Assembly: GCA_052327205.1 (NCBI GenBank)
Contig: CM126223.1
Span: 66,712,001-66,776,000, forward strand
Source: Somniosus microcephalus
Lineage: Eukaryota
DNA length: 64,000 nucleotides
Reading direction: 5' to 3'
Shown here: positions 51,220 to 62,750 of the stretch, in pieces
Layout: every line of letters starts with the position of its first letter
How positions within the stretch are numbered: the stretch's first letter is position 1
Notes under the pieces: model-generated
The model's database searches: none
Seen by the model: only the letters and a program-made list of their open reading frames with translations
Told to the model about the DNA's origin: nothing
Program-made: the position numbers and the translations under genes

Positions 51220-52300
51220 AAAATGTAAATGCAGGAGGTCTGAAATGAAAACAAAAATTGATGGCAAATCACAGTGGGTTTGCCAGTCTGAAAAGAGGGG
51301 AAAAACCACAGGCCAGTAGCACGTGCCCAAACTGCCTCTTCTCCAGCACTGTGTCAAGGATCAACTCCTGAAATGTAAACATATTTCCTCCTGCTGCCCT
51401 CTTCTTTCAGACAATGACTGCTAAAGCATCCATTTTCTTTAGAGCAGGGGTGCTGATGATGTAGAGTAGATCTAAGGTTTGAAGTCGAAGTCAGTATTCA
51501 GATCAGAGGGCAGCAAAGTGCCCAGGAGAAGGATAAGATACTTTTTTCTAAAGCTTGCATTGAACTTGGTTGGAACAGTGCAGGAGGCCAAATATGGCTG
51601 TGACCAAGTGGGAATGGGAGGAAAAATTAATGTAGTGAACTGCAGGGAATACTGGGTCACAACTATAGACAGAACAGACGTTCGGCAAAGCAATCACCTT
51701 TGGCATTCCCAGTATGCAGGAGACCACAAAGTGAACAGTGACTGCATTATACTAGATTGGCGAAAGTACACATGAATTGCTGTCTCGCATGGAGGGAGTA
51801 TTTGCAGTCCTGGACATTAACATGGGAGAAGGTAATGGGATAGGTGTTGCATCTGCTGCAGTTGCGTGGGAATGGCAACTGGAAATGGGGGGGTGCTGCA
51901 AGACTAAATAAAGGTGCCCCAGAGGGAATGGTCCTTATAGAAAATGGGAACGGGAGAGGAAAATGTGATTGGTGGGATCATGTTTTCTGGCAATGCAGAG
52001 GTTGATTGATAGGCGAGGACAAAGGGGCGAGTGTAGTTGTGTTGATTTTGCGCAAGAATGGAGGCCTGAAGAATTGGAAAGATGTGGTTAAGAATCTTGT
52101 GTACCAAGAGGGGAACTCTTGGATGACGTTCAGAACATTTCAGAAGCTTTTGTGTGTAAACTGGAGCCATCGAAGCAAATATGATGGAGATGGAAAGAGA
52201 AAGGAATGGTGTTTTTTCAGGAAGCAGGATGGAGGAAACCAGCTAGTTGTGAGAGTCAGTGGGCTTATAATGGGTATCCGTGGAAAGCCCATCACCAGAT
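51220..52300 (-). mobile_element. Degraded Penelope-like element (GIY-YIG region remnants, inverted pLTR piece)
   Basis: pLTR-like start TCTGAAATGAAAACAAAAATT; minus-strand FPRNCSRCNTYP-like remnant typical of the region before GIY-YIG; many stops. Confidence 0.6.
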
Positions 52301-52731
52301 TTTATTTGATCAATAGCATTAGTGTGTAATTGTGCCATTGATAATTTTTTTTTGATATCTCTGCCATTTGGCCATAGAAAACAAAATTGTATGTGCCCTC
52401 TGTACTTGTTTAGAGGTGATATTCAGACTTTGCTTTTTGATTTTGACCTGTACCATACACCATTCTCAAATGACTGTCTTGAAGGCATTTGCCACTCTGG
52501 AGTTGGTTTAATGAATGTGCGTGAGATGTGTTAAAGTAATTTACGCACCGGATTTCCCCCCCTCCTCTCGGGAGACTTAATGTCTCCTTCCAAATACACA
52601 ACCAATATCATTAACTTGCCATGTGGGGAATACCATTCTGTAAGTTAATTTTTGAGCACTAATGTGCTGTTTCACTGGTGTACATACTTTAACAATTAAT
52701 TGAATTTGTTTTAAACTGTCTATATTGTAGT

Positions 52732-52766
52732 CATCTTCTTCTTAGACAGTCCCTCAGAACCGAGGA
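52732..52766 (-). mobile_element. 35-bp 3' tail of an RTE-type LINE
   Basis: 15-bp direct repeat TGTCTATATTGTAGT at 52717-52731 and 52767-52781; minus strand TCCTCGGTTCTGAGGGACTGTCTAAGAAGAAGATG with (AAG)n tail. Confidence 0.75.
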
Positions 52767-54721
52767 TGTCTATATTGTAGTAATGGGGAAAAGAACGTTT
52801 TTCGACTGAAGGGTCCTGTGGAAAAATTTGTACACTTTTTAGTCGAGAGGCAGCAATACAGGACCTGTATTACTGAACATGCTTGAATGCTGCACACAAC
52901 ACCATATGCTAAATCTTCCTCTGAACATACTGGAATCTAGAATTTGGTTCTGAAGTCCTGAAAATAATGTACCAGTGTAAATATATGGTTTAAAGTTTAA
53001 TAGTCATGTCGGGACTAGTTACTGCAATATTTTGGTTAATTCTCTAGGGTAGGCTAGGTAATTTTGTTATTCAAGTTCCTGCATAAAGAGACTGAAAACT
53101 GGAAAGTTGTCTTTGATAATGAAATCAGGAAATGTTTTAGTTTATATGTATCCAAGCCCTGGGGAGAGGAGAAGAATTTGTATAGCAAAATTTACTGTTA
53201 AAAGGTTCAAGAATTTAAACTTTGGAATTTTGCAACGTTTTCCTGTAAAATGGAATGTCTGAAGCTATGGGAGTTGCTTTGAAAGTACAGCATAGTTACA
53301 GGAAAACTATTATAAAGCTTTGGCTTTTTGACTTGAACAAATAACATTTTAGTATTTTGCTTAATGTTTTGTTTTATTTTAACTTGCATTATTGCAGAGA
53401 TTTTCTGGTCTAATGAGACTACAGATACCTCTTTCTTTACCATACTGTTTTATTAATGTCCTGTCTTTTAACCAAACCTTCCTCTGAGGGAGAGGGTGGA
53501 AAGGGAGTGAAAGGGGAAGTAAGGAGGGTCACTTTGGGATTGAGTTGGCTTCAAGATGATGCTTGCTGATGGGCGATTGGAACCAGGTTAATTCTCTGGC
53601 AGATTCAGCTCTTTGCTGGAACCTGGAGGAGTAGATCGGTCCTGGGTCTGAAATTCTTCTTCCATTTTTGGCTACAGATAATCCTGCTGGCTAACTCTCT
53701 AATTGCTATTTTGTGGCCTTGCTGCACAAGCAGTCGGAAGCTTACCAGTGTTTTGTGTTGGTAAGCTGTGTACTTTTAGTTAAGCTCCAGCAGTAACGTT
53801 CTTGGGAGTGGGAGGAAGTTCCTAATCTTTTGTTGACCTGCACCTAGGTTCTTTGGGAAGACACCTATTGACTGAAACCCAATGAGAAAACGGTGTTCAC
53901 ACCATGAAAACTCTGCCAATGTGACTTTCTTATGGAGCCCTACATTAGTTATATCATCTTTTCCAGAGCAAATTGTAAGAGGGAGAAGCAATGGTATCTC
54001 CTTAATAAGTTACAAAAGCGCAGAAGCTATTTTTTTTTACAATTCAACGAGTCAAAACACTTTAGAGGATTTGTTTACGAGTAAATGATATAATTTTTAA
54101 AGTTTCATAAGTGCTTGCTTTCCTTTCTGAAAGTTAGGATGAAGCAACAGTTGCCTTGTAACAGATTAGCTGAATTATCCTCCGAGCTTGAAGGGTTAAT
54201 TTTGGCATATCGGTCATATTGATCATTCTTCGAATTTTTGCACAAAATGTATCAATGAGGGCTTGCTGCTTGACCTTTTAAAGCTACAATACCAGCTTTA
54301 TCTGGTTATAAGGAGCCTGTATTTAGACCAACAGTTGTTCTAAATTTATAAAATGTAATTTCCTGAAAAATTTTGGCCTTGTGCATTACTTTGCCATATG
54401 TTGTAATCTGTTTCTTTGTGAAGTCCTGTTGGTCGATCATTTTCTTAACCTAGTTCTTTAAAAAGAAGTTGCACTACTTTTTGTTTAATGTCATGGTGCT
54501 ATTTGTCTGAATGCTAATTTGTCACCATTAACCTTGAAAAAAATCTCCAAATTCTAAATGAAATTTATAAATGTGTCCCTTATCTTCAACAGAGACTGAG
54601 TTATTTTGAAAGTGATTATGCCTGTAATTGCACGTGTCCCATTTTAAAAGTAATTTCCTCTCCTGTCGATTAGGTTGCTTTTAAAGAGAAGTACTCAAAG
54701 AATGGGAAACATTAAGGACTG

Positions 54722-54921
54722 TGTGGTGTATGTGCTTTAAGTCAGAACTACTTTTTACAGCTCCTGTATACTGTAGTACCGGCAGTAACCACACTGGTAT
54801 ATAAGCTGTGCGCATGCCTCTGTACCCCAGTCTAGAGATTACCCTCCTCCAGTAAAGACCTGTTATTTGTTTATGTACAGCATCTGTGTAATTATTTATC
54901 CACTGAACCACGGATCCAACA
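54722..54921 (+). repeat. 5' LTR
   Basis: TGTGG...CCAACA; TATATAA at ~54798; AGTAAA at 54851. Confidence 0.95.
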
Positions 54922-54922
54922 G

Positions 54923-54932
54923 TGGCGACGAG
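54923..54932 (+). promoter_or_regulatory. Primer binding site complementary to the tRNA-Ser(GCT) 3' end
   Basis: TGGCGACGAG one base after the LTR; complements ...CTCGTCGCCA. Confidence 0.85.
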
Positions 54933-55602
54933 TGTTGATGCGAATCTACCTGCAACATAAAAAAAAAGTCGAGTCCAGGAACACGGGCGTCGACCGCGAG
55001 CAACCGCCCAGCAGTCAGGCAGAGATCCAACTTCGCTGGGGAGGCTGTGGAGAGCCGGGCTTGGTTCCCCAGCCACAATGAGCAGTAAGAGACCGACAGG
55101 TCGAGAGCAGACCCTTCCCGAGCAGCGGCGGCTGGAGCCGACCGACGGCAGAGAGAGAGAGCCGAGCAGCGTCGACGGGGTAAGAAAGAGGGCGAAGAGA
55201 GCAGGGCGCAGCCGGGGGTTGATCACCAAGCGGCGTCGAGGAAAAATACTGCAAACCGGAGAGAGAGAGAGTAAGAAACAGCCGGGTTCTAGACTGAGCG
55301 GCGTCGACAAATATCAAGAAGAACGCGCAGAGCACAGCCAGGGATCACGGGCTGATCAGGGTCCGTGGGGCGAAGCAAGGGGAGACGCCATTGAGCCGCG
55401 GAAAAGCAGGGAGAGCGCGGGAGGCGCCATTGAGCCGCGGAGAAGAAGGAAGAGCGCGGGAGACGCCATTTTGCGAAGCCGCAGCGGAGAAGACGGGCGA
55501 GCGCGGGAAGGAAGGAAAGCGCGGGAGACGCCATTTTGTGCCAGCGGAGAAGAAGGGGAAGCGCGGGAGGCGCCATTGGTGATAGTTAACGCACAACCAA
55601 GG

Positions 55603-56508
55603 ATGCCGAAGAGTGGCAGTATCTCTACGTTCGACAATGAAGTCGAAGATTGGGCGACATATGTGGAACGTATTGAGGTGTACTGCAGGGCGAATGAAGT
55701 GCCAGATGCTAATAAAGCACTGGTTCTGTTAAATTCCATGGGTGCAAAAACTTATGGGTTACATCGAAATCTAATAACCCCAGAGAAGCCGGTAAACAAG
55801 AATTTTGAAAGCATAGTAGAAATCCTACAGGACCACTTAAACCCCACACCGCTGCTGATAGCAGAACGATTTAAGTTCTATAAAAGGAACCAACACAAAG
55901 ACGAAAGCAATGCTGAGTACCTAACGGAACTGCGCAAGCTATTGAAATACTGCCAGTTTGGAGCGGGACTAGCAGACATGTTAAGGGACAAGTTTGTGTG
56001 TGGGCTACAAAGTGAAGGAACCCAGAAACGGCTTCTACCAGGAAAGGACCTTACGCTGGACAAAGCTTTCAGTATGGCAGTATCACACGAAGCAGCCGCA
56101 AGGGGCGCTGCAGAGATACAACGGAGACCGCAAGAATATGGCACCAACGAAATGACCTATGGAACCGGGAAGTGCTATCGCTGCGGCAGAACAACACATG
56201 AGCAGAAAGATTGTTGGTTCAAGGACCAAGTGTGCAGACAGTGTGGGAAAGCAGGACACATAGCAAGAGTCTGCAGGTCTGGGAAGAAAACCAACAGTAA
56301 GAAATCTCCACAGGAGAAGTACAAAAAGGTACACCAGGTGATGGACAGTGGTTCAGACGAACAGAAAAGTGACACAGACTCCGGAAGCAAGGAGCTGGGT
56401 TGTCTGAAACTACATGAGGTAACCGAAATGGAGGATCACCAGACTATCTGGGTTACACTCAAGATAGACGGCGTCCAAGTGGAAATGGAATTGGACAATC
56501 AGCTCTAA
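55603..56508 (+). pseudogene. gag (through the start of protease)
   Basis: MPKSGSISTFDNEVEDWATYVERIE..., LRDKFVCGL, CYRCGRTTHEQKDC, CRQCGKAGHIARVC; frame broken at protease DTG. Confidence 0.9.
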
Positions 56509-59500
56509 CAGTCATAAATCAAAGAGACTACAAGCGGCTATTTTCACACATAGCCTTGAAAGCTACAGAGATTGTCTTGAAGACATATACGGGGCAAAAA
56601 GTCTACCCCAAAGGAAAAATAAGGGTGAAAGTGACATATAAAGGTCAGGAAATACCTAAAATGGATATATATGTATTGCCAAATGGAGGACCACCACTGC
56701 TAGGACGTGAATGGATCCGGAAGATACATTTAGATTGGCATTCCATACAGGCACTGAAGGTGGGGGCCAAAAAGGATGACGACGTCACACCTGGACGAAT
56801 GTCAAAAATGCTAACTGACGCAAAAGAAGTGTTCCAGGAGGGACTAGGAACACTAAAAGGAATAACAGCAACAATTAAAATAGAGGATAATGCAAGCCCA
56901 AAGTTTCTGAAGGCCAGACCAGTGCCTTATGCGATCAGACCAGCGGTTGAAGCAGAGCTGGAAGGGTTGGAACATTCAGGAGTACTGTCCAAAGTGGACT
57001 GGAGCGAGTGGGCTACACCCATCGTTCCTGTAATGAAGAGGTCGTTGAGTAATACGCCTGGGGAACCAAAGAAGGTCCGCATCTGTGGGGATTTTAAGGT
57101 GACAGTGAACCCAGTCCTTCACACGGTGCAATATCCGCTTCCACGAATTGAGGATATTTTCGCCTCGCTATCTGGTGGTAAATGCTTCACCAAAATTGAT
57201 CTAGCCCAGGCGTACTTGCAAATGGAGGTAGAAGAAGCTTCGAAACATTACCTTACGATCAACACCCATAAAGGTCTCTATCAATACAACCGGCTGGTGT
57301 TTGGAGTAGCCTCGGCTCCGGCTATCTGGCAAAGGGCGATGGATCAGGTCCTGCAAGGGATTCCAGGGACCCAGTGTTATTTGGACGACATCTTGGTCAC
57401 GGGCGAAAATGACGGTGATCACCTCGCTAACTTGGAGAAGGTGCTCGCCAGATTAAAGGAATATGGGCTACGAGCTAATCGCCACAAGTGCGAGTTTTTC
57501 CAGAAACAGATCTCGTATTGCGGCCACGTCATCGATGAAGAGGGGTTACATAAGTCCCCTGACAAGATTGAGGCAGTAGTCAAGGCTCCAGCACCGGAAA
57601 ATGTGTCACAACTGAGGTCGTTCCTCGGGCTGGTAAACTATTACTGTAAAGTCTGTGGGTTGTATGGCGAAGTAATACACAGACTACAAGAGTAACTTAA
57701 ACAGGACTTTACTATTCGAAGGTCAGGGCGAATCTGCCCAATAAATTCTGCCACAGCACTTATATACCGGTGTGGTCACCGTCGGTATTACAGTATACAG
57801 CAGCCAGGATAAAGTAGTGCCACACCTAAAATAGTTCTCTTAAAGGTGGACGGTTACATACAATAGTTCTCTTAAAGGTATAACAGTTACATACACTACA
57901 ATTACCACAAGTTCTTACCAAATTTGTCTACGGTATTACACCCGCTGAACACCCTACTGCAAACAGGGGTACCATGGAAGTGGGATGACGAACGTAGATG
58001 AGCTTTCCAGAAGTGTAAAGAATTGATCACATCCAAAGAGGTGTTGGCCCATTTCAACCCAGCACTACCAATTCGTTTGGCATGTGATGCATCACCCTAC
58101 GGCATTGGAGCGGTGCTGTCGCACAAATTCCCAGATGGGTTGGAGAGGCCAGTAGCCTTTGCGTCTCGGTCACTAACCTCAGCCGAGCGCAACTACACCC
58201 AGATTGACAGGGAGGCCCTCAGCCTAGTATGGGGAGTAAAAAAATTCAACCACTATCTGCATGGACAGAAGTTCACCTTGCTGACTGACCACCAACCACT
58301 TGTCTCCATCTTTAATCCTAAGGGTGGCGTGCCAGTAATGACTGCACAGCGGTTACAAAGATGGTCCCTGTTTCTAGGGGCGAATCAATATGAAATAGAA
58401 TATAAAAGCACGAGACAGCATGGGAACGCTGATGGGCTATCGCGCCTGCCACTGCCTACTGTGGAGGAAGCACCAGCAGTGGACCCTATCGAGATATTTT
58501 ATTCGTCGATAATTGAACGATTGCCAGTAACAAACGCGGATATAGAGAAGGAGACCCGCAATGATCCGACGCTGTCACGGGTATATGAATTGACGGTGAG
58601 GGGATGGCCAACACATGGCGACTCACTGTTGCCAGCATTCTCATCCAGAAGAGAACAGCTGTCAGTATGCCCGGGGACAGTGATGTGTGGATCCAGAGTG
58701 GTGATTCCACCCAAGTTAAGGGAGAGAGTGCTAAATGATCTACATGAAGGTCATCTGGGGGGGAGTGAAAATGAAAAGCCTAGCTAGGGCTTATGTGTAG
58801 TGGCCGGGAATCGATCAACAAATCGAAGACCTAACTAAGAGCTGCTTAGGATGCCAGAAGGTCCAAAATGCCCCTCTACACCCATGGGAGTGGCCCTCCT
58901 CTCCATGGCAACGGGTGCACATTGATTTTGCTGGTCCATTCATGGACTCAATGTTGTTAATAGCAGTGGATGCTCATTCAAAGTGGCCGGAGGTGATAAA
59001 GATGTCTTCAACCACTACAGAGAAAACGATTGCAGTCCTACGGACCATATTCGCCAGAAACGGTTTGCCAGAGCAGATCTGCTCTGATAATGGACCACAG
59101 TTTGTGTCCGACGAGTTCCAAAAATTCATGAAAAGGAATGGGGTAAGGCATTACACATCCGCCCAATATCATCCAGCCACCAATGGATTGGCTGAGAGGT
59201 TCGTACAAACCTTTAAGAAGGCGATAAAGGCCATGTGCGACGAGGAAATTCCACTACAGCATAAGATGGACAATTTCTTATTAGCCTACCGAAACGCGAC
59301 ACATGCAGTTACCAACCAGACCCCGGCCATGATGTTCTTTAACCGAAGGTTGAGATCTCGTCTGGACTTGCTCAGACCAAATGTGCGAAGAAATGTTGAG
59401 GACAAACAATTCCAGCACATCAACGAGAAGCCGACAAGGAGCTTCAATGTAGGGCAACCAGTCTTGGCCTGGGACTATCGAACAGAGAAGTGGCAACCCG

Positions 59501-59796
59501 GAACGATATGTACAAGGCAGGGGCCATTAATGTACACAGTAGATGTCGGGGAGAACATTGTGAGACGCCACGTCGATCAGATCTTAGCATCACAGGAATG
59601 CATCAACCCCATGTCTCGAGTACCTGGGGATGAACCCGACACACCGATAGCATCTACTTCAGACCCAGTAGCAGTGGAACCCGAGGAACTACCCGATGAA
59701 AGGGGGTCAGAATCGCCTCTGCACCAAGAACAAGAACCTCCGGAAAGGCGCTATCCCGAAAGGGTCAGGAAGCCGCCCCAAAGACTGAATCTATAA
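56494..59796 (+). pseudogene. pol (protease, RT, RNase H, integrase), multiply disrupted
   Basis: PLLGREW, WATPIVPV, YLDD, CDASPYGIGAVL, HIDFAGP, SDNGPQF, NGLAERF; 4-nt deletion at ~56497, solo-LTR insertion, TGA 57999, G-run frameshift 58757-58763, TAG 58798. Confidence 0.93.
57645..57900 (-). mobile_element. Solo LTR of a related Mag family, antisense within pol
   Basis: 256 bp, TG...CA, perfect 5-bp TSD ATTAC (57640-57644, 57901-57905); removal restores VNYY|HKFLPNLS. Confidence 0.92.
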
Positions 59797-59863
59797 ATGG
59801 ACTTTTGTTATTGAATGTACATGTAAAAATTTAATTGTTATTTGAATATTAAGGGGGTATTCT

Positions 59864-60085
59864 TACACTACAATTCCTCCCTTTTTTTAGATTATGTGCT
59901 TTAAATCAGAACTACTTTTTACAGCTCCTGTATACTGTAGTACCGGCAGTAACCACACCGGTATATAAGCTGTGCGCATGCCTCTGTACCCCAGTCTAGA
60001 GATTACCCTCTTCCAGTAAAGACCTGTTATTTGTTTATGTACAGCATCCGTGTAATTATTTATCCACTGAACCACGGATCTAACA
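59864..60085 (+). repeat. 3' LTR (PPT and first 9 nt inverted at 59864-59894)
   Basis: 59895-60085 matches 54731-54921 with 5 transitions. Confidence 0.93.
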
Positions 60086-60477
60086 GACTATTTCCTGCCT
60101 CTTTGAATAAAGGGTTCATTTTCTTGCTGTAGAATTTACCAAATCCAAATCAAAATGGCAGGTGCACGTGATTTTGCTATGGATAAACTTGTACAAAATT
60201 CATCTATTATCCAATCACCATATGCCAATTATTGATGTTATTTTCACACTTTGAGCAGCTTAACCAGTATAAATGATGAATATTTCCTTTATCCACCTAT
60301 AGAGTGTGCACAACCTCTATCACACCAGGAATTTTCCGGAAGGCATGTTTTATTGGCTGGGACATGAAGGTTCTGACTTGCCAACATTAGGTGGGAGAGC
60401 AATTGAAAGGTATTAGCATATTATGTGAATATCATTTTGTTTGTCATATTGCATTCTACCTTTTCTGTGTTTTAATG

Positions 60478-61054
60478 GATGGAGGTATAACAGTATCTCG
60501 CCGAGAGACTCGGCATTCAAATAAATGAAGTAACTTTACTTGCGTGATCGATACCCACTAAACTCGCCAGAAAAAGTTACGGCTTGTCCATTCCAGTGTA
60601 ATGGCATAAGTCTTAAGTACTGCCAAACAGCCACTCTGGCACTTTTACAAATTTGGCGTCTCATTCCTTCAGCATTTAATTATTGTTGGCAATTTCAAAA
60701 AATTTAAATACATTTTTTAACCTTTTCGCTCTGTCTCTTTAATATCTCTCTCTCTTAATCCCATCTTTCTTTCCCTCTCTTTATTTTGCTTTTTGTACGT
60801 GATTTGACATTGAATTAAATATTCTTAACTGACACTTCCTGGTTCAGACTGTGCACAGCTCAGTAAGGATTCTTCAATCTGATTTGATTAAGGAGATACA
60901 TAATTGCTTGCACTGTTCACACTGGTGCCAGATCCCCTGGAGAGGGCTGTGCATTGAAATGGCTTTCTAATCACAGCAAGTTCCAGTGCAAATGCCCATA
61001 GAAAGTCTGTGGGTAAGTGTAACAACATTCAAAGCTGACTGCAAAACCCGGCCC
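60478..61054 (-). mobile_element. MITE family B copy 4 (partial)
   Basis: GCTGACTGCAAAACCCGGCC and ATGGCTTTCTAATCACAGCAAGTTCCAG are reverse complements of copy 1 sequence. Confidence 0.8.
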
Positions 61055-62679
61055 CATTATCTTTTCAATCATCCCTGTGCCGTACATCATTACCCAGATG
61101 AGGCAGATGGGCAATTTGTTCCAAGACCGTTTTCTCTTGGCAAGGTTATTTTATAACTCTACACCAGCAAGTACAAAAAAAAATACTCCCGCCTCTCTTT
61201 TTCCCCCCCCCCCCCCCCCCCATGGATGAGCGCTTTTTTTTTGAGGGGTGGGGGTGTGGTGGGTTGGTGGAGGAAGTGAACCCCTTTCCTTCCCCTGAAT
61301 AGTGTGTCTGGATGCTCTCGCTCATTTTCTTGCATGCTCGCTCACTGTCATTTTATTTCCCTAAACTCGTTCTATTGCTGTCTTGTCTTCACTCACTCCC
61401 TCTCGTCTTCAGTGCAGCTAAGCATAGAAGAGAAGAGGATTTTGTATTATCAGACTATCTATTTTAACTGTCATCTACTTTAATTTTGGTGATAAAGAAG
61501 TTTCAGTAATTCAGTTTTTGTAACCGATAACGAGTGTTATAAAGGACATTATTAAATGACCGGTGCTGATAAGTGTATTACAGATGCAAGTGTAACTGAT
61601 GGAAGAGTGAAAAGATTTTGGCTGACCTTTTTGTATTCCAAGCCGTAACTTGGGTTATAGAAGATAGAAGTGTTTTGTTTCCCAGTACAGATTTTCTTTC
61701 AGTTTCTTTGAAGTAGTATGCATTTTGTAAAACTAAATCAGCAGCATACTACAACTGTGTTCAAAGAACATGTTTTGGCACCAATTTAGAAGCCTTCCTA
61801 ATGAATCCAATGAATGTAATGTCTGTTGCTTTGAATATAATGGTAAATAGATGTTCACACTGATTTGACATGTATCTCATAACACTAGAGACTGTTTTTT
61901 CTTCAATATTTTTTACATGCATGTGTTATTTATTTGTTTAACTGAAGAATACACATTTGTACGCTCTGAGGAAATGGGTATGAATTGATTGTTTTAGCAT
62001 AACCCTGCAGATGTTGCCCTCTGTACTGCCTTTGTTTTGCTGACTTGAAATCCATTTGACGAGTATTTTTCTACAATGCCGTGAGGGGAGAAGAAAAATG
62101 CTCTATAGCAGTATAACAGAAATTTAAAATACTGTATTGGCATTATCCCTTCACTGAAGGATGAAATCTATATGGAGCAAAACATTAAACATTTGTACCA
62201 GTGTCACAAATATGGTTACTCAGTTGGGCATTGCTGGGCTCTGAGGTTTGCAGATAAATGTACTTGTTTAGCAGCCCTCTTCTAAGTTTGATGTGTAGAA
62301 CCTATCAAAGATTTACTTAGTAACATCTATGATCCAATTATGTCCATCCAGCCTTCGACAATCTCTTCTAGGCCTAAGAATGGCTGGTGTGAGAAATGCA
62401 AAAATTGATAATGGTGTAACGGTGTTCTTCCAAAGCTGGAATTCAGCCACATTGGGCATAGCAGAGAGTTAACTCTGCAGCTGGCTGCAGGACCACATTA
62501 ACAATTCTTGGGGCCCTGGGCACCAAGAACATTTGCCTTGCCTCCCCCCAGCACAAAACCTCCATCCATTAAAACACAGAAGTGTAATAAAATACCTAAA
62601 TATCCAACCTTGTGAAGAGCTGCAAAGGCTTCCAGAAGTTCTTCTAACACATCTTCCCGCCTGGCTGTGAGGCTGTAAC

Positions 62680-62750
62680 GGCATCTTCTACTCTTCCCGT
62701 TCTGCTCACAGGCTTCTTCGACCGCGTCTTCCCACCATGGGACCATGTGC
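62680..62750 (-). mobile_element. Possible fragment of a restriction-like-endonuclease LINE (Hero/NeSL/R2 group)
   Basis: Minus-strand VPWWEDAVEEACEQ resembles the RLE motif ELTVPWE..IEEA.ERK; short and frameshifted. Confidence 0.35.

Larger units (their letters stand above)
54722..60085 (+). mobile_element. Ty3/Gypsy LTR retrotransposon, Mag clade, full length but inactivated
   Basis: 200-bp TG...CA LTRs with 6 differences; flanks GACTG/GACTA (5-bp TSD, 1 mismatch); PBS TGGCGACGAG; Gag with two CCHC knuckles; order PR-RT-RH-IN. Confidence 0.97.

Noticed and set aside
54681-55310. 209-aa antisense ORF across the 5' LTR and leader
   Set aside because: Crosses the element boundary into flanking DNA; composition artefact
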